64,000 nucleotides of DNA from Candidatus Latescibacterota bacterium (GTDB lineage: Bacteria; Latescibacterota; UBA2968; GCA-2709665), in the NCBI GenBank assembly GCA_965219995.1, contig CBDCOX010000002.1:4384001-4448000 (forward strand). Direction: 5' to 3'. This document shows positions 38,162 through 47,220 of the stretch, piece after piece (within the stretch, counting starts at the first letter, position 1; each line of letters begins with the position of its first letter). Both the position numbers and the translations under genes were made by a program. Below the pieces are notes generated by a model. The model did not search any database, had not been told where the DNA came from, and saw only the letters and a program-made list of their open reading frames with translations.

Positions 38162-40270
38162 TCAACTGGATGATGTTTCATTTCCGAAGGCGCCGGCAAA
38201 GATCAGAAAATCGGCAAACCCGATCAGGCCGTCACCATCCAGATCGTATTGCGCATCAAAGCGTTCGTCGGATTGATTCAGTCCGAACTGTGCCGCAAAC
38301 TGCAGGAAGTCCGGGAAGCCAACCGTACCGTCGCCGTCAAAGTCGGAATCTGGGAACTGAGGAGTGACGTACGGCGACATATCCCATAGCAGAATCGTTC
38401 CGTCTCCACTTCCACTGGCCAGGACCAGCCCATCCGGTGAGAAGGAAACATCCGTAACAGCCTCGACATGTCCTGTAAGGACGCCAATCTCCTTGCGTGA
38501 GTTCACATCCCACAATCGTACCGTTGCGTCCTGAGTCCCACTTCCCAGTGTGGAACCGTCTGGTGAGAATGCCACCGAAAAAACACTGCTTTCGTGCCCG
38601 GTCAGGGTTGCTTTCTCCCGTCCGCTCGCCTCGTCCCACAAGCGAATCGTACCATCTGAAACTCCACTGGCCAGGGTGGATCCATCAGGCGAGAAAGACA
38701 CCGCGTAAAACAGATCCGTTTTGCCGCCCGAAAGGTTGCCTATTTGCTGGCGGCTTGCCACATCCCAGAATCGAATCTCCCTCCTGCCCGCACTGGCCAG
38801 GATGGACCCATCTGTCGAAAGGGTCAGCGAGAAGATCGACCCCGTATGACCTGTAAGTGTGGCTCTCTCCTGCGTACTTGCCACATCCCACAAACGGATC
38901 GTACCATCAGAACCTCCACTGGCAAGCGTGGGTCCATCGGGCGAGAAGGACAGGGAAAAGACCTCCCCGGTATGCCCGGTCAATTCAGCCACCTCTCGAC
39001 GGCCAACCACATCCCACAACCGAATCGTCCCCGTTCCATTTACCGGATTCCCACTACCTGCGGCCAGCGTTGTCCCATCTGGAGCAAAGGACACATCAAA
39101 GACGCTCCACCCCCTACGCCCTGTCAGCGTGGTCTTTTCCTGGCCACTGGCCACGTCCCACAACCGTACTGTCTCGCCGCGAATTCCGCTGGCCAAAGTG
39201 GACCCATCCGGCGAGAACGATATCGAATGTACCCAAGACGTATGTCCTGAAAGCGTTGCTTTTTCGTCGCGGCTGACCACGTCCCACAACCGGATCGTTC
39301 CGTCAGCACTTCCGGTTGCCAGGGCGAACCCATCGGGCGAATACGATACCGAATAGACCTGATCCTCATGTCCTGTCAGTGTGGCGCTTTCCTGGCCGTT
39401 GAGGATGTCCCACAATCGAATCGTTCCGTCCCTGCTCCCGCTAGCCAGGGTGGCCCCATCCGGCGAGAACGATATCGAATATACCCAGGACGCATGACCT
39501 GAAAGCGTTGCTTTTTCGTCGCGGCTGACCACGTCCCACAACCGGATCGTTCCGTCAGTACTTCCGGTTGCCAGGGTGGATCCATTCGGGGAGAACGACA
39601 CCGCAAGGATTTGCGCCTTATGTCCATTCAGTGTCGCCTTCTCCTGTCCGCTGGCTACATCCCACAGCCGAACCGATTTTTCTTCATCAAACAGATTCCC
39701 GCTTCCGCTGGCCAGTGTAGCCCCGTCCGGAGAGAACGACACCGAATTGACCCATGATGCGTGTCCTGTAAGTGTGGCTTTCGTTTGACCGCCGGCCAGG
39801 TCCCACAGCCGAATCGTATTGTCCCAGCTTCCGCTGGCCAACGTGGACCCGTCAGGGGAGAATGACACTGCAGTGACTCTTCGGGTATGCCCTATCAGGG
39901 TGTCCATTGCGTCTCCGCTGGAGACGTCCCACAACCGAATGGTATTGTCCCGACTTCCGCTGGCCAGCGTGGACCCGTCCGGAGAGAACGACACTGCAAG
40001 TACATGCCGGGTGTGCCCGGCGATCAAGGCCATTTCGGCGCCGGTCCGGGCATCGTACAGACTGATACCGATGCTGGTTGCCACCGCCAGGCGCGCGCCG
40101 TCCGGAGAATACGCGACCGCTCTGTCATTAAATCCGATTTCACCTTTGCCGAGCCGGGTGAGGGCGCCCTCAGGCAAACTGAACGGATTCTCTTCCCTTG
40201 CGAGGCTGGCGTTGACAAAAAGGAAACAAACCTGCAACAAAGTGATTCCAACTACGGATTGGGCTGTCAA
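38162..40270 (-). CDS. Secreted WD40-repeat protein (14 repeats) with C-terminal dockerin-like EF-hand pair
   Basis: 14 GH...FSPDG.TLASGS.D.TIRLWD-type units; signal peptide; C-terminal DFDGDGTVGFPDF...DLDGDGLIGFADF. Confidence 0.92.
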   Translation of the reverse strand: MTAQSVVGITLLQVCFLFVNASLAREENPFSLPEGALTRLGKGEIGFNDRAVAYSPDGARLAVATSIGISLYDARTGAEMALIAGHTRHVLAVSFSPDGSTLASGSRDNTIRLWDVSSGDAMDTLIGHTRRVTAVSFSPDGSTLASGSWDNTIRLWDLAGGQTKATLTGHASWVNSVSFSPDGATLASGSGNLFDEEKSVRLWDVASGQEKATLNGHKAQILAVSFSPNGSTLATGSTDGTIRLWDVVSRDEKATLSGHASWVYSISFSPDGATLASGSRDGTIRLWDILNGQESATLTGHEDQVYSVSYSPDGFALATGSADGTIRLWDVVSRDEKATLSGHTSWVHSISFSPDGSTLASGIRGETVRLWDVASGQEKTTLTGRRGWSVFDVSFAPDGTTLAAGSGNPVNGTGTIRLWDVVGRREVAELTGHTGEVFSLSFSPDGPTLASGGSDGTIRLWDVASTQERATLTGHTGSIFSLTLSTDGSILASAGRREIRFWDVASRQQIGNLSGGKTDLFYAVSFSPDGSTLASGVSDGTIRLWDEASGREKATLTGHESSVFSVAFSPDGSTLGSGTQDATVRLWDVNSRKEIGVLTGHVEAVTDVSFSPDGLVLASGSGDGTILLWDMSPYVTPQFPDSDFDGDGTVGFPDFLQFAAQFGLNQSDERFDAQYDLDGDGLIGFADFLIFAGAFGNETSSS

Positions 40271-40322
40271 ATGAGATTCTCCTCAAGTCAGACTCGCCGG
40301 TAGCTACTCACAGGCGTCCTGA

Positions 40323-41084
40323 TCATCCTGCTTCGTCATTGGATTTGTGTACGGCGACGAACTTGTCGATCTGGCGGAAGATTCTGTGCAGGGTCGCAAC
40401 GTCGCGGCGGTCCATGGACAGGCGGCCGAAGAGGCGCCGGATGGACCGCGGGAAGGCCTTGGGCATGTAGTCGGCAGGAAAGCCGAGTTTGTCCAGGCCG
40501 GACGCGATGTGGGCGTAGAGGGACTCCATCTCTTCGAAGGACGGGTGATCCAGTTCCGGTTCTTCGTGCGGCTCCGCGGCCGCGCGGAAGAGTTCATAGC
40601 CGAAGATGAGCACGGCCTGGGAGAGATTCAGGGAGGGGTACCTGTGGGCCGTGGGGATATTGGCGATGATGCTGCACAGCCGCATTTCATCGTTGGTCAG
40701 GCCGTTTTCCTCCCGGCCGAAGACGAGGGCGGCTTCGTTGTCTCCCGGCAGGGAAACCAGCTTCTCCGCCGCGTGCCGGGGCCCGTACATGACGTCGAAG
40801 TGCTCCCGTTTCCTGTGGGTCGTGCCGACGGAGAGCACCGTGCCGGAGAGGGCTTCTTCGAGCGATTCACAGACGGTGGCGCCATAGAGTACGTCGCCCG
40901 AACCGTGCGCCATCTTTCGGGCGTCTCCGCACGTGTGGTCGGGCGGGTCCACGAGGTAGAGCCTCGAGAGTCCCATGTTCTTCATGGCGCGCGCCACCGA
41001 GCCGACGTTGCCGGGCTCCTTGGCGCCCGTCAGGACAACGCGAACGCGGTCGAGCGCTTCCGGTGCTGTCGATTGTTGCCGCAT
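40323..41084 (-). CDS. trmJ: TrmJ/LasT family SPOUT RNA methyltransferase
   Basis: PGNVGSVARAMKNMG, LVFGREENGLTN, YPSLNLSQAV. Confidence 0.85.
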   Translation of the reverse strand: MRQQSTAPEALDRVRVVLTGAKEPGNVGSVARAMKNMGLSRLYLVDPPDHTCGDARKMAHGSGDVLYGATVCESLEEALSGTVLSVGTTHRKREHFDVMYGPRHAAEKLVSLPGDNEAALVFGREENGLTNDEMRLCSIIANIPTAHRYPSLNLSQAVLIFGYELFRAAAEPHEEPELDHPSFEEMESLYAHIASGLDKLGFPADYMPKAFPRSIRRLFGRLSMDRRDVATLHRIFRQIDKFVAVHKSNDEAG

Positions 41085-41187
41085 CTGCTGCTCCTAGACT
41101 TATTTCGCAGCCGGCGCGCGTTCCCTGAAGGCGCGCTGTGAAAGCCGGTTCCCGCGCCTCCGTCGCGGCATCGGGCCCGCCGGTCGG

Positions 41188-42402
41188 CTACTGACTCAAC
41201 AGGCGTTTCCATCCCCGTGGGACGGCATTGGTTTCCAGCAGCATCAGCACGGCCTGCCGCTGCGCGGTCTCCAGGCTGTCGTCCCGGGCCTTCCAATAGG
41301 CGTCTCCGCGGCGGGTGGCGTTCGGACGCATCGAAAAAGCGTCCCGGGTGAAGACGGAATCGTGTAGCGCGGGGTTCAGCGTGTAGCCGCCAATGCGGGT
41401 GGTCTGTTCGGCCACGGCGCCTGTGCCGGTGGTAATGCGCACGGTTTGCAGAACCGGCAGCCAGTAACGGTCGTAATACAGCGCGTTTTGCTGATAAGTG
41501 CGCAGTTCCTCGACGCCGAGCGGTTTTCGCCCCCTCTTGTTCAACCGCAGGTCGTAGCCCACCAGCGAGAAGTCGTCTGCGGAGATCCAGATCGCCCCTT
41601 CAAGTCCGGGGTTTCTCTTCTTACTCGGCTCGACGCGAATCCTGTGCACAGCCACGTCGCCCATCTGTACGGTTCCGACCAGACGATAGCGGTAATTCTC
41701 CCGGGCGTCGGAGGCCAGCGGAAGCGGACCCACGTCGAAATCGCGGCCATTGAGGCGGCCGCTGCGGATATTGACGATCACGCCGGGATGCATGCCGAAC
41801 TGCTGCGCAGGCGCCTGTCGCGATCGGTACGCCGTGATGACCTGGACGATCTCTCCCGGACTCCGATAGTACCCCAAACCATCGAACTCGATGCGAGCGA
41901 GGACACTTGAACCGGCGCCGGCGGCGGCGTACAAGGTCTGAGTACCCCGCAACGTGAAACGATGCGTTTGGAGATCCGCGTAGCGCGTATGGAAGACGTT
42001 CTCGCGGGGTTCCCGGCCTGCTTCGTCGAGGAGCGCCTTGAGGGACGGTCGCGGAAGGTCGACGTGTGACTTGAGGGGAATGGGAGACGGGGAGAGCAGG
42101 ATGTCCAGCGGGCTCTCCGGAGCCGCAACCGAGTCAATCTCCCGCAGTGCGGTCCGATAGCCCACCAGGGAGACCCTGAGGCGGACCGGGCCCGCGGGCA
42201 GGCGAGAGACCGCGAATCGGCCATGCAGGTCCGTATGGTCCCCCCGCTTGAGTTCCGGCAGGACAACCGTGGCGTACGGAAGCGGCGCGCGCGTCGCACT
42301 GTCTCTCACGGTGCCGGTCAGGGTCGCCGGGTGCGTGGGCGCCTGAAGGAAGTGCAGCGCGATCAAGCCGGCGATGACGTTAGAAAAAAGCCGCGCGGAC
42401 AT
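41188..42402 (-). CDS. Exported protein with carboxypeptidase-regulatory-like domain
   Basis: Signal peptide; LTGTVRDSAT..PLPYATV...TD..GRF....VSLVGY; G.IWI...DF.L. Confidence 0.7.
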   Translation of the reverse strand: MSARLFSNVIAGLIALHFLQAPTHPATLTGTVRDSATRAPLPYATVVLPELKRGDHTDLHGRFAVSRLPAGPVRLRVSLVGYRTALREIDSVAAPESPLDILLSPSPIPLKSHVDLPRPSLKALLDEAGREPRENVFHTRYADLQTHRFTLRGTQTLYAAAGAGSSVLARIEFDGLGYYRSPGEIVQVITAYRSRQAPAQQFGMHPGVIVNIRSGRLNGRDFDVGPLPLASDARENYRYRLVGTVQMGDVAVHRIRVEPSKKRNPGLEGAIWISADDFSLVGYDLRLNKRGRKPLGVEELRTYQQNALYYDRYWLPVLQTVRITTGTGAVAEQTTRIGGYTLNPALHDSVFTRDAFSMRPNATRRGDAYWKARDDSLETAQRQAVLMLLETNAVPRGWKRLLSQ

Positions 42403-43543
42403 CAGCCAGTGCCTGGATGAGACGGTTGATATCTTCCTCTCCGTGGTCGGCCATGAGCGTGAGGCGAAGACGGCTCTCGCCTTCGGGTACCGTCGGAGGC
42501 CGGATGCCGCTGAGGTAGATCCCTTCCTCGAAGAGATGGTCCGAAATCGCCATCGTACGCGTCGCGTCGCCGATCAGTACGGGGATGATCTGGGATCGGG
42601 AGTCCATGAGATCGAAATCGAGGGCTTTCAGTGCGTCATGGACGGTTCGGACGTTTCGCCAGAGCCGGTTTCGCAGGTGGGGACTGGTTTCGATGAGTCC
42701 CAGGGCGACAGAGGCGGCCGCGCATGCGTCGGGCGGCAGCGCCGAGGTGTAGATGAAGGCCGGGGCCCGATTGATCAGCAGGTCGATGAGTTCCGCGTTT
42801 CCGGCGACGAATCCGCCGTAGGCGCCGAGGGCCTTGCTGCCGGAGGTCGTGAGAACGTCGATGCCCCGGTCGATGCCGAAATGGTCGTGAATACCGCGAC
42901 CGGAAGCGCCCAGGACGCCGGTACCATGGGCGTCGTCAACCATCAGGATGGCCCTGTGCCGGTTCGCGGCGTCCACCAGGTCGGTGAGAGGGGCAAGGTC
43001 GCCGTCCATGCTGAACAACCCGTCGGTGACGATCAGCCGGCGCCGGTAATCGATCCGGGTCCGGAGCAGTTCGTCAAGATGGTCGACGTCCCGGTGTCGA
43101 TAGACGAAGGTATCCGCGCGGGAGAGCCGGCAGGCGTCTATGATGCTCCGATGGTTCAGTCTGTCGCTGAAAACCGCATCGTCCTCGCCCGCGAGTGCGC
43201 TCACCGCTCCCAGGTTCGCCATGTAGCCGGTGGGAAAGCAGAGGGCCGATTCGGTTCCCAGGAAACGGGCCACCCGGTCTTCCAGCGTCCGATGCGGTTC
43301 CATGTTTCCGGAAATCAGGCGGGAGGCCGCCGCGCTCAGCCCGTACGTGCGCAGGGCGGCGTCGGCTTCTTCTTTCAGGGCAGGGTGGTTTGCAAGCCCC
43401 AGATAGTTATTGGAGCAGAAGAGGAGACGTTCCTTGCCGTCGATGCGGACCCTGGGACCCTGCGCTCCTTCCACCAGATGAAGGCTGCGGTAAAGCCCGC
43501 GTGATTTCAGAATGTTCAACTCTGTGTCTAGATGAGGAAGCAC
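42380..43543 (-). CDS. bioF: 8-amino-7-oxononanoate synthase (alpha-oxoamine synthase family)
   Basis: FCSNNYLGLA, FPTGYMAN, FSMDGD, VDDAHG, SKALG, IRPPTVP..RLR; start uncertain (43543 or 43564). Confidence 0.8.
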   Translation of the reverse strand: MLPHLDTELNILKSRGLYRSLHLVEGAQGPRVRIDGKERLLFCSNNYLGLANHPALKEEADAALRTYGLSAAASRLISGNMEPHRTLEDRVARFLGTESALCFPTGYMANLGAVSALAGEDDAVFSDRLNHRSIIDACRLSRADTFVYRHRDVDHLDELLRTRIDYRRRLIVTDGLFSMDGDLAPLTDLVDAANRHRAILMVDDAHGTGVLGASGRGIHDHFGIDRGIDVLTTSGSKALGAYGGFVAGNAELIDLLINRAPAFIYTSALPPDACAAASVALGLIETSPHLRNRLWRNVRTVHDALKALDFDLMDSRSQIIPVLIGDATRTMAISDHLFEEGIYLSGIRPPTVPEGESRLRLTLMADHGEEDINRLIQALADVRAAFF

Positions 43544-43593
43544 TGGAAGGGCACCGATGCGCAAGGCAGTTCAGGGATACGAAACTCGGACGG

Positions 43594-43677
43594 AAATTAT
43601 GGAAATCCCCCGGGATTGTCAAGCGGGTGGCGGGAAATGGTACGGGTTTGACAAAAGGGCTCGTTCACTTGTATATT
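43594..43677. promoter_or_regulatory. Back-to-back sigma70-like promoters for bioF and lnt-tatC
   Basis: Plus: TTGACA(43648)-18-TATATT; minus: TTGACA(43622)-17-TAATTT. Confidence 0.55.
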
Positions 43678-43822
43678 CCAGACTGTTCATCCGGGCGGGG
43701 ATCAACCGGACCGGTTGGCGGGACTCGCTGCTTGCGGCCAACCGGTTTTTCTGTCCCGTAACCCGCAACATGACAACGCGGCCGCCCGGAAAGCGGCGGA
43801 AGGGCTCGGAGGGACCGGAATC

Positions 43823-46144
43823 ATGGCGGAGGCACGGCAGGGCGCAGACTGGAAATGGATGGCGCTGTTTCCCGCGGTTTCGGGCCTTGTGCTCGGCGCG
43901 GCATTTCCGCCTCTGCCTCTGGGTTTTCTGTCTTATGTCGCGCTGATCCCGCTGCTGCTTGCGGCTGAGCGGCTGCACGGCAGGGCGGCATTCGGCGCCG
44001 GTTTCATTCAGGGGATCTTCTTCTACGGTGTCACGCTATACTGGATCGGAACGATCACGCCGCCCGGCATGGCCGGAGCGGTTTTTTATATGTCCCTGTT
44101 CCGCGGCCTGTTCACGTGGGGGTTCGCCCGTGTCGTTGCGCGATATGGCGGTGCGGGGTTGTGGAGCGCGCCTTTCCTCTGGGTGGGGTTGGAATATTTC
44201 AACTCTCTGGGCGACATGGGGTTTCCATGGGTCGTGCTGGGAAGTTCGCAAACGGCCTGGCTGTGGCTGATCCAATATGCCGAAGTGACGGGGGTGTACG
44301 GGGTTTCGTTCTGGATCGTGGTGGTCAACCTGAGCGTCCTGATGCTCTGGAGGAACCGGGTGCGGCGCAGGATATGGGTTGCGGTCCTGGCGGCCCTTTT
44401 TGCGGGCCCGGCGGCAAACGGGTATCTGGCGTTGAAGGAGGTTCCGGAGGAACATGCCGTGACCGTGGGCGTGGTCCAGCCGGATATGCCGCCGGTGGCC
44501 AAGGAATACCGGGGATTCGATTACAATTTCGGCAAGCTGAAGCCGATGACCGTGGAAGCCGCGGGGCAGGGAGCAAAGCTAGTGGTGTGGCCCGAGACGG
44601 CGGTGGGCTATCTGAAAGGGGAATTGTACCGGCACCATCGCGAGCGGGTGCAGGCAATGGTGGACTCGCTCGGCATCCATCTCTATACGGGAGCATACAG
44701 ACTGGAAGCCGGCGACCCTGTAAAGGTCTTCAACTCCTCGTTTCTGTTCGCGCCGCGCAGGGGGATCACGGGACACTACGACAAGACTCGCCTCGTACCG
44801 TTCGGCGAACGCGCGCCGTTCCCCGAATTGCTGCCCTTTCTGCGAAAGATCAGGTTCACGGGCGGCGGTTTCGTGGGGGGCAACTGGGATTCCGGTGTGA
44901 CCCGGACGGTCTTCGAAGGTCCCGAAGGCCGCTTCTCCGCGCTGATCTGTTACGATTCGGTCTTTCCCGGATTTGCACGGTCCTTCGTGGACCTGGGCGC
45001 CGAGTTTCTGGTGATCATTACCAATGACGGCTGGTTCGGCAGGACTTCCGGACCCTTTCAGCATGCCGAGGCGGCTGTGTTTCGCGCCATCGAGAACCGG
45101 CGCGACGTGGTGCGCTGCGCGAATACGGGCGTTTCCACGTTTATCGACGCCTATGGACGGAAATCGGGGACGACCGGGATCTTCCATCCGGCGGTCGTGA
45201 CGCAAGGGGTGACGCCCCGAACCGCAAAGACGTTCTATACGAGATACGGAGACCTGTTCGGCCAGCTTTGCCTGGTGTTGGGCGTGATTCTGGTGTTGGT
45301 GTCCTTTCGCGGTCATGCGATGGATGCATCCCATTCCATACTGCCACCGGACGCCGAAACACCCGCCGGACGCGCCCCCAAACCGAATTCAGGCGCCGAC
45401 GACAGCGCAATGCCCTTTCTGGATCATCTGGAGGAACTCCGCTGGCGCCTGTTAAAGGGACTGGCGGCCCTCACGGTCGGCGCCGTGATCTGCGGGATAT
45501 TCTCGGACAATATCCTTGGGTGGCTCGTGCTGCCTGTCCGGGAAGCGACCCCTGTCATGAAGCTGTTGGGCGTGACGCCGGTCGATCCGCCGGTCAAGCT
45601 GATCTATTTGAAACCGATGGGGATGTTTCTCGTCAAACTTCAAATCGCCCTTGTCGGCGGGGCGATCCTGGCGCTGCCGGTTCTCCTGTATCAACTGTGG
45701 ATCTTCGTTGCGCCGGGTCTGTTGACAACAGAGCGGCGGTACGTATCTTTTATTGTATTCTCATCGTCGATCTGTTTTGTCCTCGGTGGCGCCATCGCTT
45801 ACGTGAGCGTGGTGCCGCTGTCGTTTCGTTTCCTTATTCTGATCGGCGAAGGGACCGGGGTCGACCCCCAGTTTGATATCGGCTTCTACATCGGTTTCGT
45901 GCTGAGGCTGCTGGTTGCCTTCGGGGTTGTCTTCGAGCTTCCGGTAGCGGCGTTCTTCCTGAGCCGGATCGGTCTGCTGACCGCGGACCGGATGCGTTGG
46001 GGAAGGAGGTACGCGGTTGTGATCGGTTTTGTGCTGGCCGCGCTGCTGACGCCGCCGGACCCGATCTCCCAGCTGATGATGGCGCTCCCGCTGGTACTGC
46101 TTTACGAATTCAGCATCTGGGTGGCGCGTGTTGCCGGCAGATGA
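43823..46144 (+). CDS. lnt-tatC: Fusion of apolipoprotein N-acyltransferase (Lnt) and twin-arginine translocase subunit TatC
   Basis: Lnt triad motifs VWPETA, YDK.RLVPFGE, LICYD, plus TNDGWFG and ANTGVS; in frame with TatC MPFLDHLEELR, W.FVAPGL, FELPV, LTPPDPISQ; GGAGG RBS. Confidence 0.9.
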   Translation: MAEARQGADWKWMALFPAVSGLVLGAAFPPLPLGFLSYVALIPLLLAAERLHGRAAFGAGFIQGIFFYGVTLYWIGTITPPGMAGAVFYMSLFRGLFTWGFARVVARYGGAGLWSAPFLWVGLEYFNSLGDMGFPWVVLGSSQTAWLWLIQYAEVTGVYGVSFWIVVVNLSVLMLWRNRVRRRIWVAVLAALFAGPAANGYLALKEVPEEHAVTVGVVQPDMPPVAKEYRGFDYNFGKLKPMTVEAAGQGAKLVVWPETAVGYLKGELYRHHRERVQAMVDSLGIHLYTGAYRLEAGDPVKVFNSSFLFAPRRGITGHYDKTRLVPFGERAPFPELLPFLRKIRFTGGGFVGGNWDSGVTRTVFEGPEGRFSALICYDSVFPGFARSFVDLGAEFLVIITNDGWFGRTSGPFQHAEAAVFRAIENRRDVVRCANTGVSTFIDAYGRKSGTTGIFHPAVVTQGVTPRTAKTFYTRYGDLFGQLCLVLGVILVLVSFRGHAMDASHSILPPDAETPAGRAPKPNSGADDSAMPFLDHLEELRWRLLKGLAALTVGAVICGIFSDNILGWLVLPVREATPVMKLLGVTPVDPPVKLIYLKPMGMFLVKLQIALVGGAILALPVLLYQLWIFVAPGLLTTERRYVSFIVFSSSICFVLGGAIAYVSVVPLSFRFLILIGEGTGVDPQFDIGFYIGFVLRLLVAFGVVFELPVAAFFLSRIGLLTADRMRWGRRYAVVIGFVLAALLTPPDPISQLMMALPLVLLYEFSIWVARVAGR

Positions 46145-46233
46145 GCCGGGGCTGCGATGCAGGCGTTCCCCTACGCGCCCGGTGCCCGATCTGCGTCCGC
46201 GAGGCGATGTAGACTAACGAGGATTTGTCTTTA

Positions 46234-47211
46234 ATGAGTATTCCGGTTGCAGTTGGCGTTCTCATCGTGTGCTTTGCGGTACTTTCCAAATGCGCGTCGT
46301 GGTTTGTGGACGGAGCGGTAGGGATTGCAGAACACCTGAATGTGCCCAAAATGCTGATCGGCATCGTGCTCGTGAGCCTGGCGACGACCTCACCGGAACT
46401 CGCCGTGTCGGTGCTGGCCGCATTCGAAGGGCACCCGGAGATGGCGTTGGGCAACGCCATCGGGTCGGTCATCGTGGACGACGGCGTCGCGCTGGCGCTG
46501 GGCGTACTCGTTGCGGGCACGCCGATTCTCATCAATCCGTACCTGCTGCGGACAACGGGAATATTTCTGATTGTGGTGGATCTGGCCGCCTATGCGATGG
46601 CGTTCGACGGAACGCTGGACCGGATCGAAGGCGGCGTACTGCTCCTCCTGTTCGTCGCCTACACGGTCTTTACGTACGTCACGCGACGTCGATCAACATC
46701 GGCGGAAGGGAATCGGATCGAGGAACTGAAGGAGATCGAGGAATCCATAGAAGGACGGGGTCCGGGCATGCTGGCGCTCTGGTTCTGCGTGGGGCTGGTC
46801 GGGGTATTGATTTCCAGCCATTTTATCGTGGGATCCGCCGTGGTCATCGCCAAGGCATTGGCCGTGAGCGAAGCCGTGATCGCGCTTACGGTGATCGCCA
46901 TCGGCACGTCGTTGCCGGAGATCGCTACAGGCGTGACGGCCGCCCGGAGAGGGCACGGCGAGATTGTCGTCGGCAATATTCTTGGCGCCGACATTCTGAA
47001 TATCTGCTGGATCGCCGGCGCGTCCGCGGTGGTCAATCCGCTCGTGGTGACGCCCAAAGTGATCCATTTTTCGTTTCCCGCCATGCTGGCGATCGTATTC
47101 GCGATGCTCTTCATGATGCGCACAGGCCACCGGTTGACGCGAGTCGAGGGATTCGTGCTGCTGGCGGTATACGGTGCGTATCTGGCGTTAACTGGAATAT
47201 TGTTCTTCTAG
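46234..47211 (+). CDS. Ca2+/Na+ antiporter (YrbG/CaCA family)
   Basis: Alpha repeats ATTSPEL...GNAIGS and GTSLPEI...GNILGA. Confidence 0.9.
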   Translation: MSIPVAVGVLIVCFAVLSKCASWFVDGAVGIAEHLNVPKMLIGIVLVSLATTSPELAVSVLAAFEGHPEMALGNAIGSVIVDDGVALALGVLVAGTPILINPYLLRTTGIFLIVVDLAAYAMAFDGTLDRIEGGVLLLLFVAYTVFTYVTRRRSTSAEGNRIEELKEIEESIEGRGPGMLALWFCVGLVGVLISSHFIVGSAVVIAKALAVSEAVIALTVIAIGTSLPEIATGVTAARRGHGEIVVGNILGADILNICWIAGASAVVNPLVVTPKVIHFSFPAMLAIVFAMLFMMRTGHRLTRVEGFVLLAVYGAYLALTGILFF

Positions 47212-47220
47212 AGGATAACG

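Noticed and set aside
38400-40100. CRISPR-like periodic repeats
   Set aside because: The roughly 126-bp periodicity is the WD40 coding repeat; no repeat-spacer array or cas gene seen
43616-43654. BirA operator upstream of bioF (TTGTCAA...TTGACAA)
   Set aside because: 25-nt spacer is longer than in BirA sites; better explained as two back-to-back -35 boxes
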